Source of the DNA: Burkholderiaceae bacterium
Lineage (GTDB): Bacteria > Pseudomonadota > Gammaproteobacteria > Burkholderiales > Burkholderiaceae_D
Length of the DNA stretch: 64,000 bases
Direction: 5' to 3'
Assembly (NCBI GenBank): GCA_036384915.1
Contig: DASVLJ010000042.1
Location: 33,013 to 97,012 of the forward strand
This document shows positions 19,213-27,103 of the stretch, in pieces (the stretch's first letter is position 1; the number at the start of each line of letters is the position of its first letter). The notes under the pieces are model-generated. The model ran no database searches, was not told where the DNA came from, and was given only the letters and a program-made list of their open reading frames with translations. The position numbers and the translations under genes are program-made.

Positions 19213-19487
19213 AACAATTCCTTTACTGCTTCGTTATGCCGGTGCGTCTTTGGAAGCGACTATGCGTCGCGCAAAAACAAAACCCCGATGAGTTTCCTCA
19301 CCGGGGTTCGTGGACGACCGGCTCGGGTCGGCTTGCGCCGTGCCCCGAGCGATGCGCGCGGGGCTAGTTGTGAATCGTGTTCTTGCTAGCCGTACGTGGC
19401 ATGGTCCGTCCTTTCGAAAATGTGGTTGGTAAAAAATTCTGAGATGCGATTCTGCTGCATATGCGGGCAGTGTGTCAATTCTCAAGT

Positions 19488-20519
19488 TCACACGCGTTGT
19501 ATTTTCACCTCGCTCATGTGGCCGTTTGCGTTACCGCGCTTCTCAAACGAAAAGCGCACGGGCAAGAATTTCTCGATCACCGCCGCATTGGTTTGTGCAT
19601 GCAATGAAATGCTTTCCGCCGTGTAGCTGCCGCCGCCGGCCAAGGCCATCGGCAGCATTACCTGATCGGCCAGGTGTTCGCCCAAGGCAGCGCCTGAGGC
19701 CAGATAGCGCTGCGCCTCGCCGATCGCCGTCTTGGCGACGGTCTCGGCCGGCACGCCTTTCTCGCCGAACGCGCAAAACATTTCACTCACGTGTTCATAC
19801 TCGAACGTCAGCAGCAAGGCATTGCCGGGGCCGTGCACGTCTTGCAGATTACGTCCCTGCAATTGGGTTTCATCCCAGCCGAAAGCGGAAGCCACTGCCT
19901 GCAACTCGCGCTTGGCGACGCTGTAAGGCACATTGGCCACCAGGCTTTCGCCATAGGCGCGCTTGCGCTCGCCGCGTTCGATCAAGTCGATGGGCTGCAA
20001 ATTGGCGCAAGGTTCGACCGTGGCCGAGATCATGCCGCCGCCCGCCGGATAGAAACCGTAGCGCAACAATTGCAGATCGACCTTGACCCCCATCTTTGCC
20101 AGGATGGGCAGGAACGCTCGCTGCAAAAACTGCACCGGCGGCGCCTTGGCATTATGCGTACCGCCGCTGACGCGCACCTGCGAAGGGGCATCGGCGAACA
20201 ATAACGCCGGCAATATCGTTTGCAGTACCAGTGTGCAGCTTCCGGCCGAGCCGATAGCGAATTCATAACGTCCGCCGCGTATCTTGCCCGGCACGAAGGC
20301 CAGCACGTTGGTACCGACTTCGGCATGGTCGAGCACCGCGCCGCATGCTTCGGCCGCCGCTTGCACGGCCACCAGGTGCTGGCGCATCAAGCCCGGCTTG
20401 GGCCGGTTGGCGCGAATGTTTTCAATGCGAAACGATTTCCCTGTGATCATCGAGAGTGCAAGCGCACTACGCAAAATCTGGCCGCCGCCTTCGCCGGTCG
20501 AGCCATCCAACACTATCAT
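19488..20519 (-). CDS. rtcA: RNA 3'-terminal phosphate cyclase
   Basis: [44 protein letters not shown] matches E. coli RtcA [27 protein letters not shown]. Start set at MIVLDG. Confidence 0.9.
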   Translation of the reverse strand: [343 protein letters not shown]

Positions 20520-20581
20520 CTTGTTTTCTTTCTTGTTCTTGTGTCCGGCAGGGCCGGCCTTTGCCGAACCCTGCCTTGCCT

Positions 20582-21817
20582 TTACCCCTTGACGCAAACC
20601 ACCTGCTTCAAGGTATGTACTACTTCAACCAAGGCTTCCTGCGCCTGCATTACGGCGTCGATATCCTTGTACGCCATCGGGATCTCGTCGATCACGTCGG
20701 CATCCTTACGGCATTCCACGCCTTCGGTCGCCTTGACCTGGTCCGCCAGCGTGTAGCGGCGCTTGGCCTCGGTACGGCTCATGGTACGGCCGGCACCGTG
20801 GCTGCAGCTATGGAAGCTATCGGGGTTGCCCTTTCCGCGCACGATGTAGCTCTTCGCTCCCATCGAACCCGGGATGATTCCCAGCTCGCCTTCCCGCGCA
20901 GACACTGCACCCTTACGCGTTACCAGCACGTTTTTCCCGAAGTGGTGTTCCTTCTGCACGTAGTTGTGGTGGCAATTCACCGCTTCCACGTGGGTTTCGA
21001 ACGGCTTCGTGATCACGGTGCGTACCGCGGAGATCAGGTTTTGCATCATCACTTCGCGGTTCATACGCGCGAATTGCTGCGCCCAGCTCACCGCTTCGAC
21101 GTAGTCGTCATAGTGTTCGGTCCCTTCGGGCAGGTAGGCCAGGTCCTGGTCGGGCAGGTTGATGAAATGCTTGCGCATATCTTCCTTCGCCACCTCGATG
21201 AAGTACGAGCCGATGGCGTTACCCACCCCGCGCGAACCCGAATGCAGCATGAACCACACCGAACCGGCTTCGTCCAGGCACACTTCAATGAAGTGGTTAC
21301 CCGTTCCCAGCGTTCCCAGGTGCTTGTAGTTGTTGGTATTCTTCAGCTTCGGCGTCTTTTGGCAGATCGCATCGAATCCATCCTTCAAGCCCATCCAGGC
21401 CGTATCGACGGCCGTTGGCGGCGCATCCCACGAACCCTTGTCGCGTCCCTTGAAGCCGCGCGTCTTGGGCGACATGCCATGCGGCACGGCCTTTTCGATC
21501 GCCGAACGCAGCGGGCCCAGGTTATCGGGCAAATCGTTCGCCGTCAGCGTGGTCTTGGCTGCCATCATTCCGCAACCGATATCGACTCCGACGGCCGCCG
21601 GAATCACAGCGCCCAAGGTCGGGATCACGCTACCAATGGTCGAACCCTTACCGAGATGCACATCCGGCATCACGGCAATATGCTTGTAGATGAAGGGCAG
21701 CTTGGCCGTGTTGGACAGCTGGCGCTTGGCGTCGGCTTCCACGGGTACTCCCTTGGTCCACATCTTTACGTGACGTCCGCCTTCGACGTCCATGACTTCG
21801 TAATCTTCAGACTTCAT
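20582..21817 (-). CDS. rtcB: RNA-splicing ligase RtcB (first paralog, adjacent to the Y-RNA array)
   Basis: 411 aa with HIAVMPDVHLGKGSTIGSVIPTLGAVIPAAVGVDIGCGM. About 55-60% identical to the second paralog by eye. Confidence 0.9.
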   Translation of the reverse strand: MKSEDYEVMDVEGGRHVKMWTKGVPVEADAKRQLSNTAKLPFIYKHIAVMPDVHLGKGSTIGSVIPTLGAVIPAAVGVDIGCGMMAAKTTLTANDLPDNLGPLRSAIEKAVPHGMSPKTRGFKGRDKGSWDAPPTAVDTAWMGLKDGFDAICQKTPKLKNTNNYKHLGTLGTGNHFIEVCLDEAGSVWFMLHSGSRGVGNAIGSYFIEVAKEDMRKHFINLPDQDLAYLPEGTEHYDDYVEAVSWAQQFARMNREVMMQNLISAVRTVITKPFETHVEAVNCHHNYVQKEHHFGKNVLVTRKGAVSAREGELGIIPGSMGAKSYIVRGKGNPDSFHSCSHGAGRTMSRTEAKRRYTLADQVKATEGVECRKDADVIDEIPMAYKDIDAVMQAQEALVEVVHTLKQVVCVKG

Positions 21818-21836
21818 GTCTATTCTCTTTTAAATT

Positions 21837-21974
21837 AATGGCGACAAGATCGATGAAATACAGGGTTTCCCCTTTTTGCTGCTCTACTCACTGAGCTACG
21901 CCAACCCCGAGGGGCCAACGACAGGATTTGCACCTGCGACAATCAAAATCGATGTAATTCCATCAGCATTCGCC
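21837..21974 (-). ncRNA. Y RNA-like module 1 (YrlA-like, with tRNA D-arm mimic)
   Basis: Lies between rsr and rtcB, as does Salmonella yrlBA. 5' GGCGAATGCTGATGGAATTACATC can pair with 3' GATCTTGTCGCCATT. Internal GGGGTTGGCGTAGCTCAGTGAGTAGAGC is a near-canonical tRNA acceptor plus D-arm. Confidence 0.45.
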
Positions 21975-22006
21975 GTAAACTTTACGACAGCACTTCTTCA
22001 AAACAA

Positions 22007-22089
22007 AATGGCGACAAGATCGGTGAAATAACCCGCTTTCGCGGAATTACCGGAGAAGGGTAGTTGATGTAATTCCACCAGCATTCGCC
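22007..22089 (-). ncRNA. Y RNA-like module 2 (YrlB-like, short)
   Basis: Same 5' (GGCGAATGCTGGTGGAATTACATC) and 3' (GATCTTGTCGCCATT) terminal sequences as module 1, enclosing a short internal hairpin. Confidence 0.4.
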
Positions 22090-22093
22090 AAAA

Positions 22094-22189
22094 CCATTCC
22101 GACAAAATCGGCAAAAGGATCACGGCCATCTCACGGCGGCCGCGTCTGGAGTCGAACCAGTTAACCAATGTACTCCTGCCAGCATTCGG
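22094..22189 (-). ncRNA. Y RNA-like module 3 (with tRNA T-arm mimic)
   Basis: 5' CCGAATGCTGGCAGGAGTACAT and 3' GATTTTGTCGGAATGG are related to the ends of modules 1 and 2. Internal CTGGTTCGACTCCAG is a T-stem-loop mimic (TTCGACT loop). Confidence 0.35.
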
Positions 22190-22193
22190 AGAA

Positions 22194-22267
22194 ACCATTG
22201 GATGCAACGCGACAAATAGTAGTGTGATCTAACATTTTCCATATGTAATCACACCCGCATTCGCGCC
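22194..22267 (-). ncRNA. Y RNA-like module 4 (degenerate)
   Basis: 5' GGCGCGAATGCGGGTGTGATTACATATGG and 3' TTTGTCGCGTTGCATCCAATGG share the GCGAATGC...TTGTCGC end motifs. Boundaries are approximate. Confidence 0.3.
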
Positions 22268-22280
22268 GCACCCAAAACCT

Positions 22281-23840
22281 TTACTGCAGCGATACCGCTT
22301 CGATCTCGCCCACCCAGTGGGCCGGAGATAACTGGCCAGCCGCGAAGGCCGCCACGATCTTGAACACGTCGTCGGAAAAACCGCCAACGTTCAAGATATC
22401 GTCGCGTTCCACCGCTTGCGTGGTGCCGTAGGGCGCGATGTCGATACAGACCATCTTTGCCTGCGGGTTGCGCCGCTTGAAAATCTCCCACTGCTGCATC
22501 GTCGCCGAAGTGCCGCGCTTGGCATCGACCCAGGATTGGTTGTCCGATACAAACACAACCAAATCGGCTTGCGCCTTTTCCTGGTTCAACTTTTCCAGGG
22601 GCGCGCTGCAGTTGGTACCGCCGCCGCCGATGGCCGCCAGCTTGGACGCATTCGTCATCACGCTGTCGCGCGGATTCAAGTCGCATTTCACGACCTTTAC
22701 TTCGAACGGCAATACGCGCGTTTCCTCATTCTTGCGCAGCAAGGCTGCAGCGACCAGGGCCGCCACATCGATACAGCGCACCGCCGTGGTGGCTGTTCCG
22801 CGCTGGCCCGTGGCAGGCGTGGACATCGAGCCCGATACGTCCGGGCACACCACCACGCGGCCTTCCAGCTGCGGCACGTTGCGTAAGGCGATTTCCAGCG
22901 CATCCTGCAAGGCGGCGCGAATCGGCGCCGGCACTCCCTCCCCGGCAGCCTTGTAAGCCGCCAGCAATTGGTAAGGAAATACCTTGGCCTTGGCAATCGC
23001 TTCGGCGTCGCGCAGCTTGCGCGCCACTTCCTCGACCATGCCGGGCAATTCGAACACACCGTGACGGGCAAAGGTGTTCAAGTTCATGCGCACCATATGC
23101 CAGCCGCCCTTCTTGGCGATTTCGGCCCAGGCCTCGCGCGGCAATTCCAATGCGGTCAGCATCTGGAACGGCACGTCGGGCACAGGCAGCGACCGGTCTT
23201 GCTTGTACGCCTCGAAAGCGCGCACGATGGGCGGCAAGGCTTCCGCCTGGTATTCCTTGCCGATCAGCCAGGCGAAGAACGCTTCGCGCCAGGCCTCCGC
23301 GGGCTTCGGGTGAACCATCTTCACCACGTCCGCCAGCGAAGGCGCGTTGCCGACCGCTGCCGACAGCAATTCCTTTTCGCTCGCCGTGTTCAGCCAAGCT
23401 TGCACCAGCTTCTTCGGCCGCGTACCGAGCGACTTGCGGCCTAACGCGCCGGAGCGGATCATTTGCACGAAGTTGCGCAACATTTTGCCGTTGTTGATCG
23501 TGCGCTTGAAGGCCGAAGCCGTTTGTGCCGCGCCTTTGGCCGCCAGGATGGCGGTCAACAGCGCAGGCATGTCCTTCATATAGCCGCGTTCGCGGCAATA
23601 CACGGCCGCTTGCCCGATGAATTGCGCATCGACATCCTGGCACAGCTCCAGCACCGTGGCCAATTGCGTCTCGGCGCCGGCGTAGTAAGTCGCGTTCAGG
23701 CACCCGGTGGCGGCATATTGTGCCAGCTTGTGCTTGGGCGCCAGCGCATAGGCCGGAGCGCCGGCGAAATTCACCGTGTTCGTTTGCGGCAGCAATTTGC
23801 CGCGCAGCGTTTGGAACAAGTTGGCGTTTGCCATTTTCAT
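22281..23840 (-). CDS. rsr: Ro60-related protein (TROVE domain plus vWA/MIDAS domain)
   Basis: 519 aa. Located upstream of Y-RNA-like repeats and rtcBA, as in the Salmonella rsr-yrlBA-rtcBA operon. C-terminal VVCPDVSGSMS is a vWA MIDAS motif. Confidence 0.85.
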   Translation of the reverse strand: MKMANANLFQTLRGKLLPQTNTVNFAGAPAYALAPKHKLAQYAATGCLNATYYAGAETQLATVLELCQDVDAQFIGQAAVYCRERGYMKDMPALLTAILAAKGAAQTASAFKRTINNGKMLRNFVQMIRSGALGRKSLGTRPKKLVQAWLNTASEKELLSAAVGNAPSLADVVKMVHPKPAEAWREAFFAWLIGKEYQAEALPPIVRAFEAYKQDRSLPVPDVPFQMLTALELPREAWAEIAKKGGWHMVRMNLNTFARHGVFELPGMVEEVARKLRDAEAIAKAKVFPYQLLAAYKAAGEGVPAPIRAALQDALEIALRNVPQLEGRVVVCPDVSGSMSTPATGQRGTATTAVRCIDVAALVAAALLRKNEETRVLPFEVKVVKCDLNPRDSVMTNASKLAAIGGGGTNCSAPLEKLNQEKAQADLVVFVSDNQSWVDAKRGTSATMQQWEIFKRRNPQAKMVCIDIAPYGTTQAVERDDILNVGGFSDDVFKIVAAFAAGQLSPAHWVGEIEAVSLQ

Positions 23841-23896
23841 TTCCTTTTCTTTCTTTACGCATCACCGAGTCGTCGGCGTTGCTTTCCCTGCCTGTA

Positions 23897-23914
23897 TTGC
23901 AAACGGTGTGCCAG
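23897..23914 (-). promoter_or_regulatory. sigma54 (-24/-12) promoter CTGGCACACCGTTTGCAA driving rsr-Y RNA-rtcB-rtcA-rtcB
   Basis: Perfect TGGCAC-N5-TTGCA on the minus strand, about 55 bp upstream of the rsr start. Divergent from the sigma54 activator gene rtcR. Confidence 0.7.
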
Positions 23915-24052
23915 TTCTGCGGCGGTACCATCGCGATGGATTCAAGTATTTGAAAATAAAAGAGAATTTTTCCGACTTCCCAAAGTGAGTGAATTTTCGA
24001 GTATGCCCAGCTTCGTGATATATTTATCTTAAAAGATAAGTAATTATCCAAA

Positions 24053-25651
24053 ATGAAGAAGAAAAAAATCGTCGTCATCGGCTTCATCGGCACCCAGCTC
24101 GATAGCGGCAAGGGCAGCGGCCGCTGGGAAAAATGGCGCCCGACCGTGGCGCTGACGCAGTATGAGGATGTGGTGATCGACCGCTTCGAACTCCTGTACA
24201 GCGGCCGTTTCGATGAATTGGTCGGACGCGTGGCGGGCGACATTGCGCAGGTCTCGCCCGAGACAGTCGTGGTGCCGCGTGCGCTGCCGATTACCGACCC
24301 TTGGGACTTCGAAGACGTTTACGGCAACCTGTTCGACTTCGCGCGCAGCTATCCCTTCGACCCGGACAAGGAAGAGTATTGGGTTCACATCACCACCGGC
24401 ACGCACGTGGTGCAAATCTGCCTGTTCCTGATGACGGAGACGCGCTATTTCCCCGGCCGCTTGTTGCAGACGTCGCCGCCGCGGCGCCAGGCGCCCGGCC
24501 AGGCGGGCAACTACGAGCTGATCGACCTCGACCTGTCCAAGTACGACCAGATCGCCCAACGCTTTTCGCGCGAACAGGAAGAGGGGGTGGCCTTGCTCAA
24601 GTCCGGCATTGCCACGCGCAATGCGCGTTTCAATGCCATGATCGACGAAATCGAACGCGTGGCGCTCAAGTCGCGTGCACCCATGCTCTTGATGGGGCCG
24701 ACCGGCGCGGGAAAATCCTTCCTTGCGCGCCGCGTGTTCGAATTGAAGAAGGCGCGGCGCCAGCTCGACGGCAAGTTCGTCGAATTGAATTGCGCCACGC
24801 TGCATGGCGACGGCGCCGCCTCCACGCTGTTCGGCCACGTCAAGGGCGCCTTCACCGGCGCGGCGGCGGACCGGCCGGGTCTGCTGCGTTCGGCTGACAA
24901 GGGCTTGCTGTTTCTCGACGAAATCGGCGAACTTGGATTGGACGAGCAAGCCATGCTGCTGAAGGCTGTGGAAGAAAAGCGCTTCCTGCCGGTCGGCAGC
25001 GACAATGAAGTGCAAAGCGATTTCCAATTGATCGCCGGCACCAACCGCGATCTCGGGCGCGAAGTGGCGGCCGGCCGCTTCCGCGAAGACTTGTATGCGC
25101 GCATCAACTTGTGGAGTTACGAGCTGCCCGGCTTGAGCGAGCGGCGCGAGGATATTGCGCCCAACCTCGACTATCTGCTGGCGCAATTCAGCGCGGAGAA
25201 TGGCCACATGGTGCGCTTCAACAAGGAGGCGCGCGCAAGTTACATGCGCTATGCCGATTCGCCCGACGCGCTATGGAGCGGCAATTTCCGCGATCTGTCG
25301 GCATCGGTGGCGCGCATGGCGACTTTGGCCGATGCGGGGCGCATCACCGATGCGGTGGTCGGCGACGAGGTGCAGCGTTTGAAGCGGCAGTGGCGCTCGC
25401 ATGCGGTTGAAGACGATGGCGTGGAGGCGGATTTGGAGCAAGTGTTGGGCGCCGAAGCGGCAGCCGGACTCGATTTGTTCGATGCCTTGCAATTGCAGGC
25501 GGTGCTCAAGGTGTGCCGGACTTCGAAGTCGCTGTCAGACGCCGGGCGCAAACTGTTCGCCGCTTCGCGTGAGCAAAAGGCCAGGGCGAATGATGCGGAC
25601 CGGCTGAAGAAGTATCTGGCGCGCTTTGGCTTAAATTGGGAAAGGCTTTAG
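24053..25651 (+). CDS. rtcR: sigma54-dependent transcriptional regulator RtcR (CARF-like N-domain plus AAA+ plus HTH)
   Basis: 532 aa. N-terminus MKKKKIVVIGFIGTQLDSGKGSGRWEKWRPTVAL is typical of the RtcR CARF domain. Walker A MGPTGAGKS. The ESELFGH-like motif appears as STLFGH (…DGAASTLFGHVKG…). Divergent from rsr. Confidence 0.9.
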   Translation: MKKKKIVVIGFIGTQLDSGKGSGRWEKWRPTVALTQYEDVVIDRFELLYSGRFDELVGRVAGDIAQVSPETVVVPRALPITDPWDFEDVYGNLFDFARSYPFDPDKEEYWVHITTGTHVVQICLFLMTETRYFPGRLLQTSPPRRQAPGQAGNYELIDLDLSKYDQIAQRFSREQEEGVALLKSGIATRNARFNAMIDEIERVALKSRAPMLLMGPTGAGKSFLARRVFELKKARRQLDGKFVELNCATLHGDGAASTLFGHVKGAFTGAAADRPGLLRSADKGLLFLDEIGELGLDEQAMLLKAVEEKRFLPVGSDNEVQSDFQLIAGTNRDLGREVAAGRFREDLYARINLWSYELPGLSERREDIAPNLDYLLAQFSAENGHMVRFNKEARASYMRYADSPDALWSGNFRDLSASVARMATLADAGRITDAVVGDEVQRLKRQWRSHAVEDDGVEADLEQVLGAEAAAGLDLFDALQLQAVLKVCRTSKSLSDAGRKLFAASREQKARANDADRLKKYLARFGLNWERL

Positions 25652-25756
25652 TAGGTTGGCGCTGAGCGTAAGCGAAGCCCAACTTGGCGCTTGAAATCGA
25701 CGCAACGTTGGCGCGATCTTCCATCGTTGGGCTTCGCTTGTGCTCAACCCAACCTA
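25650..25756. repeat. REP/MITE-like palindromic element, copy A (terminal inverted repeats GTAGGTTGG / CCAACCTAC)
   Basis: GTAGGTTGGCGCTGAGCGTAAGCGAAGCCCAAC...GTTGGGCTTCGCTTGTGCTCAACCCAACCTAC forms a long hairpin. A related copy lies at 47536..47657. Confidence 0.6.
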
Positions 25757-25761
25757 CGATC

Positions 25762-26841
25762 CTATGCCATAAACTCGCACAACAAGCGATGAAAGTGATG
25801 CACGCCGCGCTCGCGTGTCGGCGAATAGCGTCCATGACGGTAAAACCGCGAACGCACGCCGCGCTGTACGGCGCGCACGATTTCCTCGTCTTCCATCTCT
25901 ACCGTGTCAAGCCCTGACCCGGCGCCTTTGTCTAGCTTTTCCACATTCCACACGAAAGACCGGAAGCTGATGCGTGTCCGTTCGCGCGATTGCGGCTGGA
26001 TCAGGTTCAGCGACAGACCCCAGGGGTAGAAGTTGAGCATCAGGTTGGGAAACACCCACCAGTAATACGCCGCCACGCGCTTGCCATGGTCTGTTGCTCC
26101 AGCCGGAATATCGAACGCCGGCTCGCCCTCGCGCGCGATCGCCAGCTGCAGGTTGGCATAGCGCCCGATCTCGCTGGCATAGCTGCCGTATTCGACCACC
26201 GCATTCAAGCCGGCATGCACGAAGGGAATGTGGAAGCCTTCGAGATAGTTTTCCACGTAGAGTGCCCAGTGCGCGTCGAGATCGAAGTCGCGATCGCGGC
26301 CCGGATCGTGCACGAAATCCCCTATCGGCAGCCAGGACAGGCGCGTTTCGATTTCCGCCATGAAGTCGCTCAAGGCCGCTGCCGGCGCGATGGAAGCGAA
26401 GCCATGCTTGCGCCAGGTTGCGAAGGGCACGCTTGGCAAATTATCGGCCTCCGAAGGAAAGTTTTGCGCCTCGGCAAATTCCGGCATGGAAAGCATCTTG
26501 CCCGTCAGATCGAAACGCCGCGCATGGTAGCCGCAGCGGATTTGCTTCAATTGGCAGGCTTGATGGACCAGGATATTGCCGCGATGGGTGCAGACGTTGG
26601 ACAGGCAACGCAATTCGCCCTGCTCGTCGCGCGCCAGCATCAAGGGTTCGCTCAACAAGCCGGGAAGCAATTCGCGCGGCGCCACGCTGCCGGCCCGCGC
26701 CGCGTCGTCAGCCAAGCCCAGCCATTGCCACGAGCGGGCGAAGACACGTTCGCGTGCTTCCTGGAAATATTTTTCCTCTGTGTAAAAGGAAGTATCGAGC
26801 GTGGCCGCCTTGGTGATGTCGGCTTCGATGGAAAACGCCAT
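25762..26841 (-). CDS. Rieske [2Fe-2S] aromatic-ring-hydroxylating oxygenase alpha-subunit-like protein
   Basis: Rieske motif CTHRGNIL...CGYHARRF (CXH-N15-17-CXXH) followed by a catalytic domain. Start chosen at MAFSIEADITK. Confidence 0.7.
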   Translation of the reverse strand: MAFSIEADITKAATLDTSFYTEEKYFQEARERVFARSWQWLGLADDAARAGSVAPRELLPGLLSEPLMLARDEQGELRCLSNVCTHRGNILVHQACQLKQIRCGYHARRFDLTGKMLSMPEFAEAQNFPSEADNLPSVPFATWRKHGFASIAPAAALSDFMAEIETRLSWLPIGDFVHDPGRDRDFDLDAHWALYVENYLEGFHIPFVHAGLNAVVEYGSYASEIGRYANLQLAIAREGEPAFDIPAGATDHGKRVAAYYWWVFPNLMLNFYPWGLSLNLIQPQSRERTRISFRSFVWNVEKLDKGAGSGLDTVEMEDEEIVRAVQRGVRSRFYRHGRYSPTRERGVHHFHRLLCEFMA

Positions 26842-27103
26842 GCGCACTCCGTCCTTGTGGTTTCCGGAAACGATAAGCGAGGACCACGTGTACGGCAAGT
26901 CCTATTTCCCCTCATTTTTATGGCATTTGCCGTATGGCTCAATTTTCCGGCCACGCGCAAGTCGACGTCGATTGAAATGAGACCATTCGATCAGCCATGC
27001 TTTGGCGGATGGAACCGTCTGCGTTACACTCACACCTCTCGGTTTTCATTTCTCAGGATTTCCATTTCTGAGGTGACAGGTGTGACGTTTCAAGGGTAAG
27101 CGC

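Noticed and set aside
19213-19487. 275-bp spacer between rtcB2 and rtcA as a possible additional ncRNA
   Set aside because: It does not share the Y-RNA-module terminal motifs and has no obvious strong hairpins; most likely just an intergenic spacer.
21880-21925. Possible tRNA gene (perfect D-arm GTAGCTCAGTGAGTAGAGC)
   Set aside because: No anticodon arm or T-arm follows in the correct order and spacing. Context and flanking stems fit a tRNA-like module inside a Y RNA, not a tRNA.
22726-24243. 505-aa minus-strand ORF overlapping rsr in another frame
   Set aside because: Frame shadow of rsr extending into the intergenic region; Arg/Ala/Gly-rich.
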